Made by a program: the position numbers and the translations under genes. Shown here in pieces: positions 9,514 to 21,000 of a stretch of DNA of 64,000 bases (positions within the stretch are counted from its first letter, which is position 1; each line of letters starts with the position of its first letter). Source of the DNA: Candidatus Obscuribacteraceae bacterium (GTDB taxonomy: Bacteria > Cyanobacteriota > Vampirovibrionia > Obscuribacterales > Obscuribacteraceae). The notes beneath the pieces are model-generated. The model made no database searches, was not told where the DNA came from, and saw nothing but the letters and a program-made list of their open reading frames with translations. The stretch spans positions 256,001 to 320,000 of the forward strand of contig JBGAHS010000002.1 in the NCBI GenBank assembly GCA_044226015.1. The letters run 5' to 3'.

Positions 9514-10616
9514 TCAAATTGGTTTCCACTCGCGCAGCCTCTTCCTTTCGGCTGCTTTCCTTTTTTTCTTTTCAGCACCATACGCTGACGGAAGACATTC
9601 GATTTTCGATGAGAAGCAAATCTCAAAGTCTTCCTCTTCATTTGCATTCAATGGTAGTGGACACATCCCCGAAGACATCGGATGTTTTCCAGTTCTTTCC
9701 TGCATCTCGTGTTTTCTCCCTGAAGGCAAACTCCATATGAATTTAGCTCGGTAAGTGCTTGAAAAGCTGCCTTATTTGCGCCTGGGACTCGCGATTTTTC
9801 GAGAATTCTTGATGAAAGGAGTCCTTTAGTCTTGCTCATTGTTACGAATATCACCACGGGATCGCGTTCAAGCTGTTCCTCTGACTCTCTTGAAAGGCTG
9901 TATGCATATCCATGTTTATAGAATTTACTCAAATTTCTTTCAAATAGACCGCAATACATGCCAATCTGAGCTTCGTTATGTCTTTGACGAGTGTCAGGTA
10001 GCTCAGCTATTTCCTCTGTCGTAGGCGGGTTTAACCAAGCCGGATCAAATGCTACAGATGGCTTTCTGTATTCCCACAGATCGCCACTGAGCCAAATGGC
10101 TTGAGAGAGGTAGAAATAGTCACGAGCCAAACGGACCTTGCCAGCTTCTCCTGCTTTCTTGTCTATTTCTATAGCTCGCTTAAGAACAAGTTTGGCTGAC
10201 CCATAACTAGCCATATTTCTGTGCAAAACTGCGAGAGTCACTAACACATCAGAGCAAGTAATTGTAGCCAGCTCATCACCGGCTTCGAGACTGCTCAATA
10301 ATTCTGCAGCCTTTTCATAGGTCGCGATTGCTTTTCGATCATCATTCGCCCAATTTGCTGCCTTGACCTGAATACATTTTGCAATTTCATACTGGCTAAC
10401 GCCTTTTTGCATGTCACTTGATGCTGCTTTCAACGACAACTCAAACTCAGTTTCAGCTGCAGAATAATTCTTCTGTTGAAACTTCAGTCTACCCCTGGTG
10501 AGAGCCGCGCTCCATTCATTGCTATCGTTTCTAGTTGGCAAATTGCTGGACTCAGCTGGCATGGAGATAGCACCTAGTATAAGGGTGAAAACTAATGTTG
10601 CAATGAAGTTTTTCAT
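9514..10616 (-). pseudogene. Secreted TPR protein with a TonB-C-terminal-like domain, probably frameshifted
   Basis: Signal peptide, TPR helices, then VVIFVTMSKTKGLLSSRILEKSRVPGANKAAFQAL. The expected PLP...F.I.F end (PLPLNANEEEDFEICFS) lies in the overlapping 9514-9729 frame. Confidence 0.5.
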
Positions 10617-10734
10617 TTCATCACCGGGTCGAATTTACCATGGTTTGCTGTGACAAAACTGAGAGCCGCATGTGTTTTAAAGATTCGCCGCATAAGTTGC
10701 GCTTCCAGATGAGTATGACCCAAATTCAATGATT

Positions 10735-11328
10735 TCATGACTCGACTAGATTGTAAGACCAGCGGTAGCGAAACTTCCCCGGAGCAGAAACAACAAATCG
10801 ACCGCCCGCCCCCAAGAGATTTGCGGTGCTTATGTTGCCACCGCCGTTATCAATCAGGATACAGCCGTTCTTCGGACCACCAAAAGGTCCACTATTGGGA
10901 GTGACATCTACCACACCGGTTACGACAATATTTGCAGGGTTCGTTCCTGCTTTCAGAAGCCCGTCTTCAAGATTTCCACCAGCCCTAATGAAAATCATTC
11001 CTGATGGATTGCTTATAGAACCAACGGTGATACTGTTATGCGCGAACAGCTGCACACTCGGATAAATTACTGTCGGGTATTCTCCAGCAGCTATGTATTC
11101 TGGCGGCGTAGCACTTGCGCTAATTTTCCCGGGAACGATGAGATTGCCACCAAAATTTTTGCAACCTTCGCCAAATGCAAAATACTTGTGCTGCGACCAT
11201 TTTGATGTGGAATCATACACAGAGCCCCCCGACGTGTGTTCAAATGTTTCAAATTTTTCGCAGCAGAAACCGGTCAACCAGCATGCAATACCTGCGGGTT
11301 GAGAACAAACATAGACTAAGTTCACCAT
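10735..11328 (-). CDS. Fragment resembling filamentous beta-helical exoproteins
   Basis: G/N/S/I-rich strands (IFIRAGGNL, ILIDNGGGNISTANL) similar in style to the 55.8-64 kb protein. Short, with no signal peptide. Confidence 0.35.
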   Translation of the reverse strand: MVNLVYVCSQPAGIACWLTGFCCEKFETFEHTSGGSVYDSTSKWSQHKYFAFGEGCKNFGGNLIVPGKISASATPPEYIAAGEYPTVIYPSVQLFAHNSITVGSISNPSGMIFIRAGGNLEDGLLKAGTNPANIVVTGVVDVTPNSGPFGGPKNGCILIDNGGGNISTANLLGAGGRFVVSAPGKFRYRWSYNLVES

Positions 11329-11523
11329 ACCCCAAGAGTGAAGACTTTTTGCTTCAAAAATGTAGGCAGTTTGCTATTGACACCAAAGTGATGCACCAGC
11401 GTTGGCTTTTCGGAACATAAAATCTCAGCGGCGAATTTTCTGTCGGAACACTTACAGAGCTTGCACAATCAAAAAAGAGGTAACTCCTCTCTTCTAGAAA
11501 GAGCATCTAAGAACAAGATTTCT

Positions 11524-12675
11524 TCAGCCTTTAGAAAGCAGCTCTTTAGCGTAGTACGCCGCAGAGCCCGTACCATCTTTATCAATAACAGACTGAAGCA
11601 GAACCTTATCAGATTCGCGAAGAACAGGGTCAGGGTCGCTAGCAAGTATAGTCTTGAACGCAAACACTCCTTCGAGTCGCGCAGCATAATAATCATCCAG
11701 CATGAGTGCCCTGACCACCTCAATATCTTCGGGATGGCTTAGCAAAAGAAGTTTCAGAACAAGCGCCACGCGCCAGCGCACTCCCTCGCTTGAGTGATTA
11801 TGCAATTTCTTCAGTTCATCTTTCAGATCTTGAAACTGCTTGGGTGTGCGATACATCACATACAAGATTTGCTGCAAGAGCTCACTGTCGGCATTTAGCT
11901 CTGAAGCGACTATTTCAGTGAGTTCCGTGCAAACATACTCTGCTTCTGCCAGCAGAAATAGTATCCAATATTTTACCAGGTGATGCTTCGTATTCTTGTA
12001 AGCAACAATGAGCTTTGCTGCATGGTCCTCAATGTATGAGCGGTCAATAGAGTGGTCTTCAAAATGTCCTTGCTCTCGAGATTCAAAACCTTCTGCTCCC
12101 TGGAGGCGCTCATCATCATCAGCAGATAGCAACAACTCAAAAATTTTCCTGTCCGCGGGCAGCAGTGCATAGAAAATTCTTATTGCCCTGAGGGGCACAC
12201 CAATCAACTGACTTAATCCAGCTGTTTTCTCTGATTGCTGCAAATCATCAGACATTAGCTCTTCATCAAAATAAGTGAATCGCGCAGTTAAAACGAACCT
12301 GGCGAAACCTGATGCATAGTCGAATTCCACTTGAGCTAAAGGCACAGCATGACCGCAAGCAGGAAGAGTTGTTTGATCGGTCTCAAGCAATTTTGATTTG
12401 CTATCATCAATGCTCGCAAACCACACTCTTCCTGCATCGTCTTTAGAAGAACCCCGCACAGTGCTGACGCCACAAACAGGGCAGACCGCGGAACTTGCGA
12501 AGAGTTCAGGACTAATGAATTTTGCAGCCTCAAACGTCTCGAAACTGTACTCTGCGGCATAGGGAAGTAGTTTCTTCAGCGACTCAACGGATTTCTGCGC
12601 AACTTCGACAGAAGGCACAAAATGCATGTCCTCCGGGATAAAAACTGCGGCGCAATCGATTTTGGTATCCGACAT
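11524..12675 (-). CDS. HEAT-repeat protein with a putative N-terminal Zn-binding motif
   Basis: CPVC...CGH; C-terminal HEAT-like units (SSEGVRWRVALVL; DYYAARLEGVFAF). Confidence 0.6.
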   Translation of the reverse strand: MSDTKIDCAAVFIPEDMHFVPSVEVAQKSVESLKKLLPYAAEYSFETFEAAKFISPELFASSAVCPVCGVSTVRGSSKDDAGRVWFASIDDSKSKLLETDQTTLPACGHAVPLAQVEFDYASGFARFVLTARFTYFDEELMSDDLQQSEKTAGLSQLIGVPLRAIRIFYALLPADRKIFELLLSADDDERLQGAEGFESREQGHFEDHSIDRSYIEDHAAKLIVAYKNTKHHLVKYWILFLLAEAEYVCTELTEIVASELNADSELLQQILYVMYRTPKQFQDLKDELKKLHNHSSEGVRWRVALVLKLLLLSHPEDIEVVRALMLDDYYAARLEGVFAFKTILASDPDPVLRESDKVLLQSVIDKDGTGSAAYYAKELLSKG

Positions 12676-12809
12676 TTACATTCTCACTGCACAGCAAAAG
12701 ACAGATTCTAACATTTACGACTGTCAAAGAATCAATTGATTCCTCTTTTCCAAGTTCTGGTGCCTAGGGCTTCTCAAGCATGCGCCATTTTTTTTTATGG
12801 AACTAAGTC

Positions 12810-13442
12810 TTACTTGTTGTGAATCCAATTCACAAGCCTGGCATTCGTATATCCGATTGCTCTCCACGAAAATCCGCTCGACGGACGAGCAATCATTGCG
12901 GTCAGTGCAAAATGACCCAGAGGGCGCAGCTGCTTTGCTGAATGATCCAGGGTTCCACTGCCAGTCCAAGCCTCATTGACGGCTGCACTCATTTCGTCGG
13001 TATGGTTTCGAAGTTCAAGGGCCGCCGCTCCCACGGTGATCAATGCGCCCGCACCAGCAACTGCGGCAATTTCTGGAGCAACAACACCAAGGGCGGCAAT
13101 ACCAACGCCCAGTTCGACAGCTGGAAGAAGTTTTTGAGGCTCTCTCACTATTGCTTCGATGTCTTCAGCAACTCCGTCATAAAGCCCTTTGCCGCAAGCT
13201 AATAGAACTCTGTTTGCTTTGGGAGTCATGTCGTTGGCTAGCTCTGAAGAAGGTTTCGCATAAACTTCTTTGCTAAATCTATCAATAGCTTGTTCACTTC
13301 CAAAATCAGTCCAGCTGTTACCAGTCAATACTGGTTTTGGTCCATCCGTGTAAAGCATCCAATTCGGTGTCGGTTCGAAAGATTCCGTTGCTCTGTCCAT
13401 GTTTCCGCAGCCTCCTAGGGAGAAATTGATTTTCCAAATCAT
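12810..13442 (-). CDS. Hypothetical membrane protein
   Basis: Gly/Ala-rich hydrophobic hairpin LGVGIAALGVVAPEIAAVAGAGALITVGAAAL. Confidence 0.5.
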   Translation of the reverse strand: MIWKINFSLGGCGNMDRATESFEPTPNWMLYTDGPKPVLTGNSWTDFGSEQAIDRFSKEVYAKPSSELANDMTPKANRVLLACGKGLYDGVAEDIEAIVREPQKLLPAVELGVGIAALGVVAPEIAAVAGAGALITVGAAALELRNHTDEMSAAVNEAWTGSGTLDHSAKQLRPLGHFALTAMIARPSSGFSWRAIGYTNARLVNWIHNK

Positions 13443-13488
13443 TTCACTTTGATCTGAAAACCAAATGAAATGCGAACGTCCACAGAAG

Positions 13489-13514
13489 AAAAAAACGGAC
13501 CCTTTCGGATCCGT
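13489..13514 (-). terminator. Rho-independent terminator
   Basis: Minus strand ACGGATCC-GAAA-GGGTCCGT followed by a T run, just downstream of 13546-14076. Confidence 0.8.
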
Positions 13515-13545
13515 AATTTCACAAGCAGCGAGGAAAACTTTTCTT

Positions 13546-14076
13546 TTACTTCTTGGGTCTTGGGTTGTCGTAGCCGTCGATTTGCATCGTTTGAGGATCC
13601 TCAGGGTAGTGCTTAATTTGCCTGATCCAGGCAGGCTGACCTTCGGTTGAATGGTCCTTGCGCTGTTCAGCCTTCACTTGTTGAGGCGCAGCCTTGTCAT
13701 CAATGTGGTAAGTTTTAGGTTCATAGAATGGGTTCCACGAGCTTTCTTTAACAACAATGCTATCGTTTCTGTCAGCCTTCTTATCAGCCTTTCCATTCTT
13801 GCCACTGTCATAAAATTGGATGTCTTCGATGCCATATTTCTTCAGTTCACTACTAAGTTCTCTTGCGGCACCCTTCATTTCATCAGCCGACACGCCATTT
13901 TTGTTTACGAACAATTTGTTGTCTGCTTTTAGCTCTTTGTAAATGTCTTGCATCATTGCATTTGCTGTTTTTGCATCAACCGTATCACCTTCATGCAGGT
14001 GTCTTTTGTCAACTGCGTGCTTTACTGCTGTATCGATATCACTCAACATTTGAACCTCCTTGTGGCGAATCGCCAT
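13546..14076 (-). CDS. Hypothetical hydrophilic protein
   Basis: Lys/Asp-rich ORF followed by a terminator; likely starts at the second Met after AGGAGG. Confidence 0.7.
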   Translation of the reverse strand: MAIRHKEVQMLSDIDTAVKHAVDKRHLHEGDTVDAKTANAMMQDIYKELKADNKLFVNKNGVSADEMKGAARELSSELKKYGIEDIQFYDSGKNGKADKKADRNDSIVVKESSWNPFYEPKTYHIDDKAAPQQVKAEQRKDHSTEGQPAWIRQIKHYPEDPQTMQIDGYDNPRPKK

Positions 14077-14329
14077 CTGCTTGTGATATCAGAATATGAT
14101 TTGACCCGGTCATCTCTGGGTCGCATCCTGGTCAGTTTTGGGTCAGTGCATTAAACCTGTTGAACTCAGGAAATCGATACCTGAATAAGGTCCCTGAAAT
14201 GAATGTTCGCCGCTCAGCCAGTTCCCAAAGCGATGAAGACATTTACTCGGGAACATCTATTCAAATGAGAGCGCATCCGCTTAAGATATCTAGAGTCACT
14301 GCGCCGGTTGCTTATCTCTGGAACCAACA

Positions 14330-15226
14330 ATGCAAAATTCAATCAGCTCGGACCAACAAAGCTGGAACAGAGCAATCGATACTCTAAATGGGCTCTCCAT
14401 CGGCGACGCATTCGGAGATGCATTGTTCGGTCAAGATGCATCTCGAAGAGTTCTACCGACAACCCCCTGGTCATACACCGAAGACACGAACACGGCGCTG
14501 TCCATTGTGTGGTGCTTACGCAAGTTTGGCTGCATCAACCAAGAAGAACTAGCAAATAGTCTTCTTACCCATTACGACCCGGCTAGGGGTTATGGAAACT
14601 CCATGAATGAGTACTTCAAGCGCATGCAAGCGGGAGAGAATTGGAGAGCGGTAGCCAGTTCGTTATTCAATGGCAAGGGCTCTTTCGGCAATGGCGCAGC
14701 CATGAGAGTGGCGCCTCTGGGCAGCTTTTTTGCCAATAATATGAAAATGGTTGTTGAACAAGCCGCAAGGTCGGCTGAACTTACACATACTCACCCAGAA
14801 GGAATTGCCGGAGCCATTGCGGTTGAGGTGGCAGCTGCAATAGCAACTCAGCAACAAAAATCTGCCGGAACAGGATTGAACCTGGCCGACTCAATTTTGG
14901 GCTATGTCCCGGAGAGTGAATTGAGATTGAAACTAAACATGGCAGCGGTACTTCCCTTAAGCAAAAGCACAGACGAAGCAGCGAGCATATTAGGAAACGG
15001 CTCAGAAGTAACAGCACTAGATACGGTACCATTCTGCATCTGGTGCGCCAACAAGTATTCGACCGACTTTCAGGAAGCCCTCTGGCAAACAGCATGTGCA
15101 GGAGGCGATGTTGACACAAACTGTGCTATTGTTGGTGCGATAGTAGCTTCCTACTGCGGCAAGAGAGGAATTCCTCCCAACTGGATGCTGAACAGAGAAA
15201 TGCTGCCCTCTTGGGCTCTAGAATAG
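14330..15226 (+). CDS. ADP-ribosylglycohydrolase family protein
   Basis: GDAFG, YTEDT, GNGAAMRVAP, THTHPEG and GGDVDTNCAIVGA motifs. Confidence 0.92.
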   Translation: MQNSISSDQQSWNRAIDTLNGLSIGDAFGDALFGQDASRRVLPTTPWSYTEDTNTALSIVWCLRKFGCINQEELANSLLTHYDPARGYGNSMNEYFKRMQAGENWRAVASSLFNGKGSFGNGAAMRVAPLGSFFANNMKMVVEQAARSAELTHTHPEGIAGAIAVEVAAAIATQQQKSAGTGLNLADSILGYVPESELRLKLNMAAVLPLSKSTDEAASILGNGSEVTALDTVPFCIWCANKYSTDFQEALWQTACAGGDVDTNCAIVGAIVASYCGKRGIPPNWMLNREMLPSWALE

Positions 15227-15249
15227 TTCAAATCAAGGACTCGCCAGCG

Positions 15250-16260
15250 TTAGTATCCACTGCTTGGCTTCTCTGGTGGCGCTTGCGGCGTGCTGCTTTC
15301 CTGCTGGAAGCCTGACGTTTGCGAGTCACGAAGACGTGCAGCATCAAGTGCAGAGCGCTCCTTCTCGGCACGTTCTCGCGCGCTGGCTTCCTCTTGCATG
15401 CCACGCTGCTTCAGCATGTAATTACCTTTTTTGACAAAGTAATCAGCCCTGGACTTCACGTCTGGCTCATTGAGTTGTCGCGCCGTATCAGATATTTCCG
15501 CCATCTCATGCGTAGCAGTGGCGAGATCAGAACTCACCTTGTCCAGAGCTTTTTTCATAGCGTAGCGGACTTCATCACGCATTCCATATTTATTCACCCG
15601 CAGCGCTATTTCACACAAAGGAATGCTCTCGTCTTCCTCATCAATGAGTAGCTTGATTGCCTTTCGCAAGAGGTCATCAAACCCGAGCGCCTTGCAATTT
15701 TCAGCATACGTGGTCCATTGGTCACCATTCTTGATTCCAGTAAAAGCTTTCTCCATCGCCAGGTGCGAAACGTCATTCAACGAGACCTCTTGCGATTTCT
15801 TTGCAAGGTTATAGAGCTGCGGTACAGTTTTTGCGTTTTCGATCAGCTTGCTTATCGACTCACGCGTTATTTCAAAAAACTCGTAGCGGCGGGCTTTCAA
15901 AGCCATCAGAAGAAGGTCTTCTTCTGAACTACACAACGAAAGCGCCTTATTGCAGCACTGACGCCTGATTTCTAACATCGGAAATCCATAAGCCTCTGTA
16001 AATTGCGCAATTGCCAGACACTTAGGTACATCTGTCGCACTCTGCAAGGCAGCCTGCAAGATAGGCTTGGCTTTGTCGTGCTTGCCCGACTTCATGTATC
16101 GTCCAGCACTCAATAACTGGCTCTGGGTCTCAGGCGATAGCGGGGAATCGACAAATTCGGTCTTGCTCTTTGATTCTGCAGCAAGTGACAAGGACTGAAG
16201 CAGCAACACGGTCATGGCTAAGGTAACCGCTCGTCGGCTTGATTCAGGGAAAAGACTCAT
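15250..16260 (-). CDS. Secreted helical-repeat protein
   Basis: Signal peptide followed by repeated helix pairs (..KALS/KAFT/KAIK/KALD..). Confidence 0.7.
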   Translation of the reverse strand: MSLFPESSRRAVTLAMTVLLLQSLSLAAESKSKTEFVDSPLSPETQSQLLSAGRYMKSGKHDKAKPILQAALQSATDVPKCLAIAQFTEAYGFPMLEIRRQCCNKALSLCSSEEDLLLMALKARRYEFFEITRESISKLIENAKTVPQLYNLAKKSQEVSLNDVSHLAMEKAFTGIKNGDQWTTYAENCKALGFDDLLRKAIKLLIDEEDESIPLCEIALRVNKYGMRDEVRYAMKKALDKVSSDLATATHEMAEISDTARQLNEPDVKSRADYFVKKGNYMLKQRGMQEEASARERAEKERSALDAARLRDSQTSGFQQESSTPQAPPEKPSSGY

Positions 16261-16394
16261 ACTTGACTGCTCCTCAAAAAACTTTGCAGTTCATTACCCA
16301 TTGTGGACTATTTGCCATTTTATACGCAAAGGGTTTAACCTGAATGGGTAAATTCATTTTGGCGGCGGGCACTTCCCTCAGGATGTACACGAAT

Positions 16395-17591
16395 ATGAAA
16401 CACCTTATACCCAGAATTTCTAAGGCTTCGGCGTTGGGTCTGGCTTTCAGCATTATGCTTGGAACTCAGGCACTAGCGGCAAGTAAGTTTGAGCAATTCG
16501 TGAACGAGGCTGAGGAGTTCTATAAGAATAAAGCTTACACCGAAGCCCAGCGTTGTTTCGAGCAGGCAATCAAAGAGTCCGATAAATTGGAGAAAGGGGA
16601 CAAACGTGTTCCCACAGCATTTTACAACCTCGCCCTGGTATTTCAGGCAGAAGGAAAATATGCTGACTCCGAAAAATTCATGCTGAAAGCAATAGATTTA
16701 ATGTCTGCTACTTACGGACCCGAGCATCAACGGGTCGCGTCAGCTTATATGGATTTAGGCGACTTGTATGTTGAGGAAAGCGGCGCGGAAAACAAGCCAG
16801 ATTTGAAGGCAAAAGCGTCCGAAGCCTATAAGAAGGGCACTGACCTCTTCGAGAAGATTTACGCGCAAGCCACCAGCAGTGGTGACAATGAGGACAAACC
16901 AGAAAAAACTAACAGCACTGGAAAAACACCAGCGCAGAGCAGCGCTGCTGATTTGTCAAATGCATTGAGACTGGTTGCAGATTTTTACTCCGAAGGCGAG
17001 CAGTTTGATAAGGCAGAACCACTCTACCTTCGCTCACTAGAACTAGAAGAGTATGCCGTAGGAAAGGATGATAAAGAGCTTGGCTCACATAAAGAGAAAG
17101 TAGCAGAATACCTGTGCGTAAACGGCAAGTACAAACAAGCAGACCCGCTTTTCAAAGACGCCTTAGAAAACGCAGAAAAGAATTATGGGGCAGACAGTCA
17201 AGAAGCCGCAGTAATAGCATACAACTATGGTGGCAAATTCTATGATGAGGGAACTTTTGGTGACGCAGAAGTATTTTTCAAAAAAGCTATGGCAGTTTTT
17301 GAAAAAAATCCCTCCGCAGATGAACAAGACCTTGCCATGAAGAATATTTCGCTAGCTGACGTTTTGGATATGCAAGGCAAGCATGAAGAATCCACCACGA
17401 CTTACAAGAAGGCGCTTGCTGTGCTTGAAAAAAATCCAGACAAGCAAGTGCTCGTGCGCGGTTTGAAACAGTACCAGAAGCACCTGCTTATGCAAAACAA
17501 AAAAGACGAAGCAGCAAAAGTTGCTAACCGCATCAAAGATTTGAAGGCAGAAACAAAGACAGACGCAAAGAATGAGCCAAAAGCGCAATAA
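16395..17591 (+). CDS. Secreted TPR protein
   Basis: Signal peptide (MKHLIP...QALA); multiple kinesin-light-chain-type TPRs (YNLALVFQAEGKYADSE; AEPLYLRSLEL). Confidence 0.85.
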   Translation: MKHLIPRISKASALGLAFSIMLGTQALAASKFEQFVNEAEEFYKNKAYTEAQRCFEQAIKESDKLEKGDKRVPTAFYNLALVFQAEGKYADSEKFMLKAIDLMSATYGPEHQRVASAYMDLGDLYVEESGAENKPDLKAKASEAYKKGTDLFEKIYAQATSSGDNEDKPEKTNSTGKTPAQSSAADLSNALRLVADFYSEGEQFDKAEPLYLRSLELEEYAVGKDDKELGSHKEKVAEYLCVNGKYKQADPLFKDALENAEKNYGADSQEAAVIAYNYGGKFYDEGTFGDAEVFFKKAMAVFEKNPSADEQDLAMKNISLADVLDMQGKHEESTTTYKKALAVLEKNPDKQVLVRGLKQYQKHLLMQNKKDEAAKVANRIKDLKAETKTDAKNEPKAQ

Positions 17592-18090
17592 GGTTCCAGG
17601 CCCAACAGAGATTCAACTGTTTAATACAGGAATTTTTGAAAAACGTTTTTTTGAGAAAAAGTACCAGCTTAGCTCATCTCGAAACCCCGAGGATATTCTC
17701 GACGACATTAAGAACACCTGGAAGCTCGAGCTAAAAACAATGCACGACCTGTCCTCAACGGTCAGTGGCAAACGCTTTAGTGTGCGAATGCAGACCTCAA
17801 GGCATGTCAAAATGGAACTAATTGGTATCGTTAACGCTACGGAGTCTGGTTCTTCTATTCAAATAAGATTACAACCGACACCCGAATCTACATTCCTCAT
17901 TCTCGGAGAGCTGAGCGTTATAGGCTTCTTTGCCATAATTTCTATTTGTCTTTTGGGAATAACCCATATAGTAACAATTTCACTTCTTTCGAGCATACCA
18001 ATTCTAATTATCATGTTGCAAGACAACTTCAGGAGAGGGCACGAATTGGTCCGTCTTTTCAAAGAAGTTGCGATATCCAAAGATCGATAA
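17572..18090 (+). CDS. Hypothetical membrane protein
   Basis: Two C-terminal TM segments; overlaps the end of the upstream gene. Confidence 0.55.
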   Translation: MSQKRNKVPGPTEIQLFNTGIFEKRFFEKKYQLSSSRNPEDILDDIKNTWKLELKTMHDLSSTVSGKRFSVRMQTSRHVKMELIGIVNATESGSSIQIRLQPTPESTFLILGELSVIGFFAIISICLLGITHIVTISLLSSIPILIIMLQDNFRRGHELVRLFKEVAISKDR

Positions 18091-21000
18091 TTAATGCTGC
18101 TGCTCGCCCATAGCCAAATCATCATTATGTTTCCTGGGCGAAAACTTCTGTTGAAGCATCGACAAATAAATGTAAAACACTGGCGTTATGTACAGGGTCA
18201 CGAACTGCGATACGAGTAGTCCTCCGACGACGGTGAGCCCCAGGGGTTGTCGCGACTCAGCCCCTGCACCCAAGCCAAGCGCAATAGGAACACCACCCAT
18301 AAGGGCTGCCATTGTGGTCATCATGATTGGGCGAAATCTCGCCAAACATGCCTCGAATATCGCCTGATCTGGGCGCTTGCCCTCGTTGCGCTCAGCCTCA
18401 AGTGCAAAGTCAATCATCATGATTGCGTTTTTCTTGACGATTCCGATGAGCATTATCAACCCAAGAAATCCATAAATATCCAGTTCTTTATGGCATACCA
18501 TAAGAATAATCAGGGCGCCCAGCCCCGCTGAAGGCAGTCCCGACAAAATCGTCAGCGGATGAATGAAACTTTCGTACAAGATCCCCAACACTATGTAGAT
18601 AACTACCACTGCCAACACAAGAAGAATCCCAAGATTTCCAAAACTATCTTCAAATGCTGCGGCAGTGCCCTGAAAGCTCGTCGTCACAGAGGCAGGCACA
18701 ATAGTGCTCGCCAACTTCTTGATTGCATTCACGGCATCTCCGAGCGCCATCTCAGGCTTCAGATTGAACGAAATGGTTACCGCGGGAAACTGACCATAAT
18801 GATTAACAAGCAGAGGACCCACACCAGTAGTTATTTTGGCAAGAGTATCCATTGGTACAAGCTGACCATTTGCACTTCGCACCCGCAGCGAATGAATCAC
18901 GTCAGGGTCTCGGTAAAAGCGCGGTTCTACCTCGATGATAACCCAAAATTGATTTGTGGAAGTGTACATAGTCGAGATCTGGCGAGCGGCATAGGCGCTG
19001 TCTAACGCGTCCTCAACCTGCATCATAGTGATACCAAGTTGAGCACAACGATCGCGATTAACATCGATATGCAGCTCAGGGTTATCGATAAGCAAGTCGC
19101 TTGTAACATCGATGACACCGGGCACTTTCGCAATCTCAGGCAATAGCTTTCTGGCACTTTCGTATAAAACTTTGCTATCAGGGCTAGACATAGTGTACTG
19201 ATATAAGCTCTTCGACACTTGCCCACCAATTGTTATACTGGGCGGGTTCTGCAAGTAGCACTTGATGCCTTCAACGTCTGCAAGCTTCTCAGAAAGCTCA
19301 GACATTACTTCATTGACACCAGACTTGCGCTTCTCACGATCCTTCAAAACAATTAGTAATCGTCCTTGATTCAAGGTCAGATTTGGGCTGCCGTTTCCGA
19401 CCCCAATGCTGGACATAACAGACTCAACATTTTTGTCTTCATGAGCGACCTTAACGAGGTCCTCATGGTGCTTTCTCATAGCATCAAAGGAAGTACCCTG
19501 CGCCCCCTCAGTCATGATTACAATTTGTCCACTGTCTTCACTAGGCATGAACCCTTTCGGAATCTCCACAAACAAGAAGGCAGTGCCCAGTAACATCGCA
19601 ATAGAAAGAACTGTTATGACCCCTTTATTTTTCAAAGCAGCAATTAGAGACACACGATAAAGATGCGTCATTCCGTTGAAGATGTGCTCGGAAACAGCCA
19701 ACATCGGGTTTGTTGAAGTGCCATGAGCTTTCAAGAACCGGCTTGCCAGCATAGGCGTAAAGGTCATGGAAATGAAGCCAGAAATCAGAATTGCAATACT
19801 TATACTTACTGCAAATTCGTTGAAAAGTCTTCCTACAATTCCGGGCAATAGCAAGACAGGAATGAACACCGCCACCAGCGAAATCGTCATAGACAAAATG
19901 GTGAAGCCAATTTCTTTGCTGCCATCTAAAGCAGCCTGCATTGGCTCTTTACCCATTTCCAGATGACGAACAATGTTTTCCAACATTACGATAGCGTCGT
20001 CAACAACGAAGCCCACAGCCAGAGACAACGCCATCAACGTGAGATTGTTCAGGCTGAAACCCAGCAACTTCATTGCCGCAAAAGTTCCAATAATTGAAAT
20101 TGGAAGCGACAAGCTTGGAATTATGGTTGCAGAAAGATTGCCCAGGAATAGAAATATAACGAGAATTACAAGACCAACAGTAAGCATTAAGGTCGTCTGA
20201 ACATCAGCAACAGACTCTCTGATCGTTTGGGATTGATCGTAGAGGACATCAAGCTTTACCTCAGGGGGAAGGTTAGCTTGAAAAGTAGGCATCAGCTTGT
20301 TGATTGTATCTACAACTTGAATTGTATTGGCTCCAGGCTGGCGCAAGACAGCAAGAATGATTGCCGGGCTGTCATTGAATGTACCAGCACTCTTGTCGTT
20401 CTGCACGCTATCAACCACGGTGGCAACCTGATCAAGCCGCATCGGAACGCCTTCTTTCGTTCCAACAATGATAGGTTTGTATTGGCTTGCCGAAAGCAAC
20501 TGCCCATTAGACTCAATCGTGAAGGCCTTGTGCTTGCCCCACAGTGTTCCGGTAGGTTGATTTTGATTTGCGTTGCTTACCGCAGTGACTATGTCATCAA
20601 TGCCCATGCGATAGGATGCAAGTCGTTCAGGGTTAACCTGCACGCGAACAGCGAATTGTTGTGAGCCATTGACCTGCACCTGAGCGACACCGCTTACGCG
20701 CGCTATGCGCTGCGCAATAATTGTCTCGGCATAGTAATCAACTTGATGAAGTGGCAGAGTCTTAGAACTGACTGCAAGGTAAATTACTGGCTGACTTGCA
20801 GGGTTGACCTTGCTGAATGTCGGGGGAATCATCATCTGAGGCGGCAACTGCTTCGAAGCTGCGCTTATGGCAGCTTGCACATCAAGCGCCGCCCCATCTA
20901 TATTTCTATTGCTATCAAATTGCAGCGTAATTTGCGATTGACCAAGGCTGCTTGCAGAAGTCATCTGAGTCAATCCGGAAATGGTAGTGAACTGTTTTTC

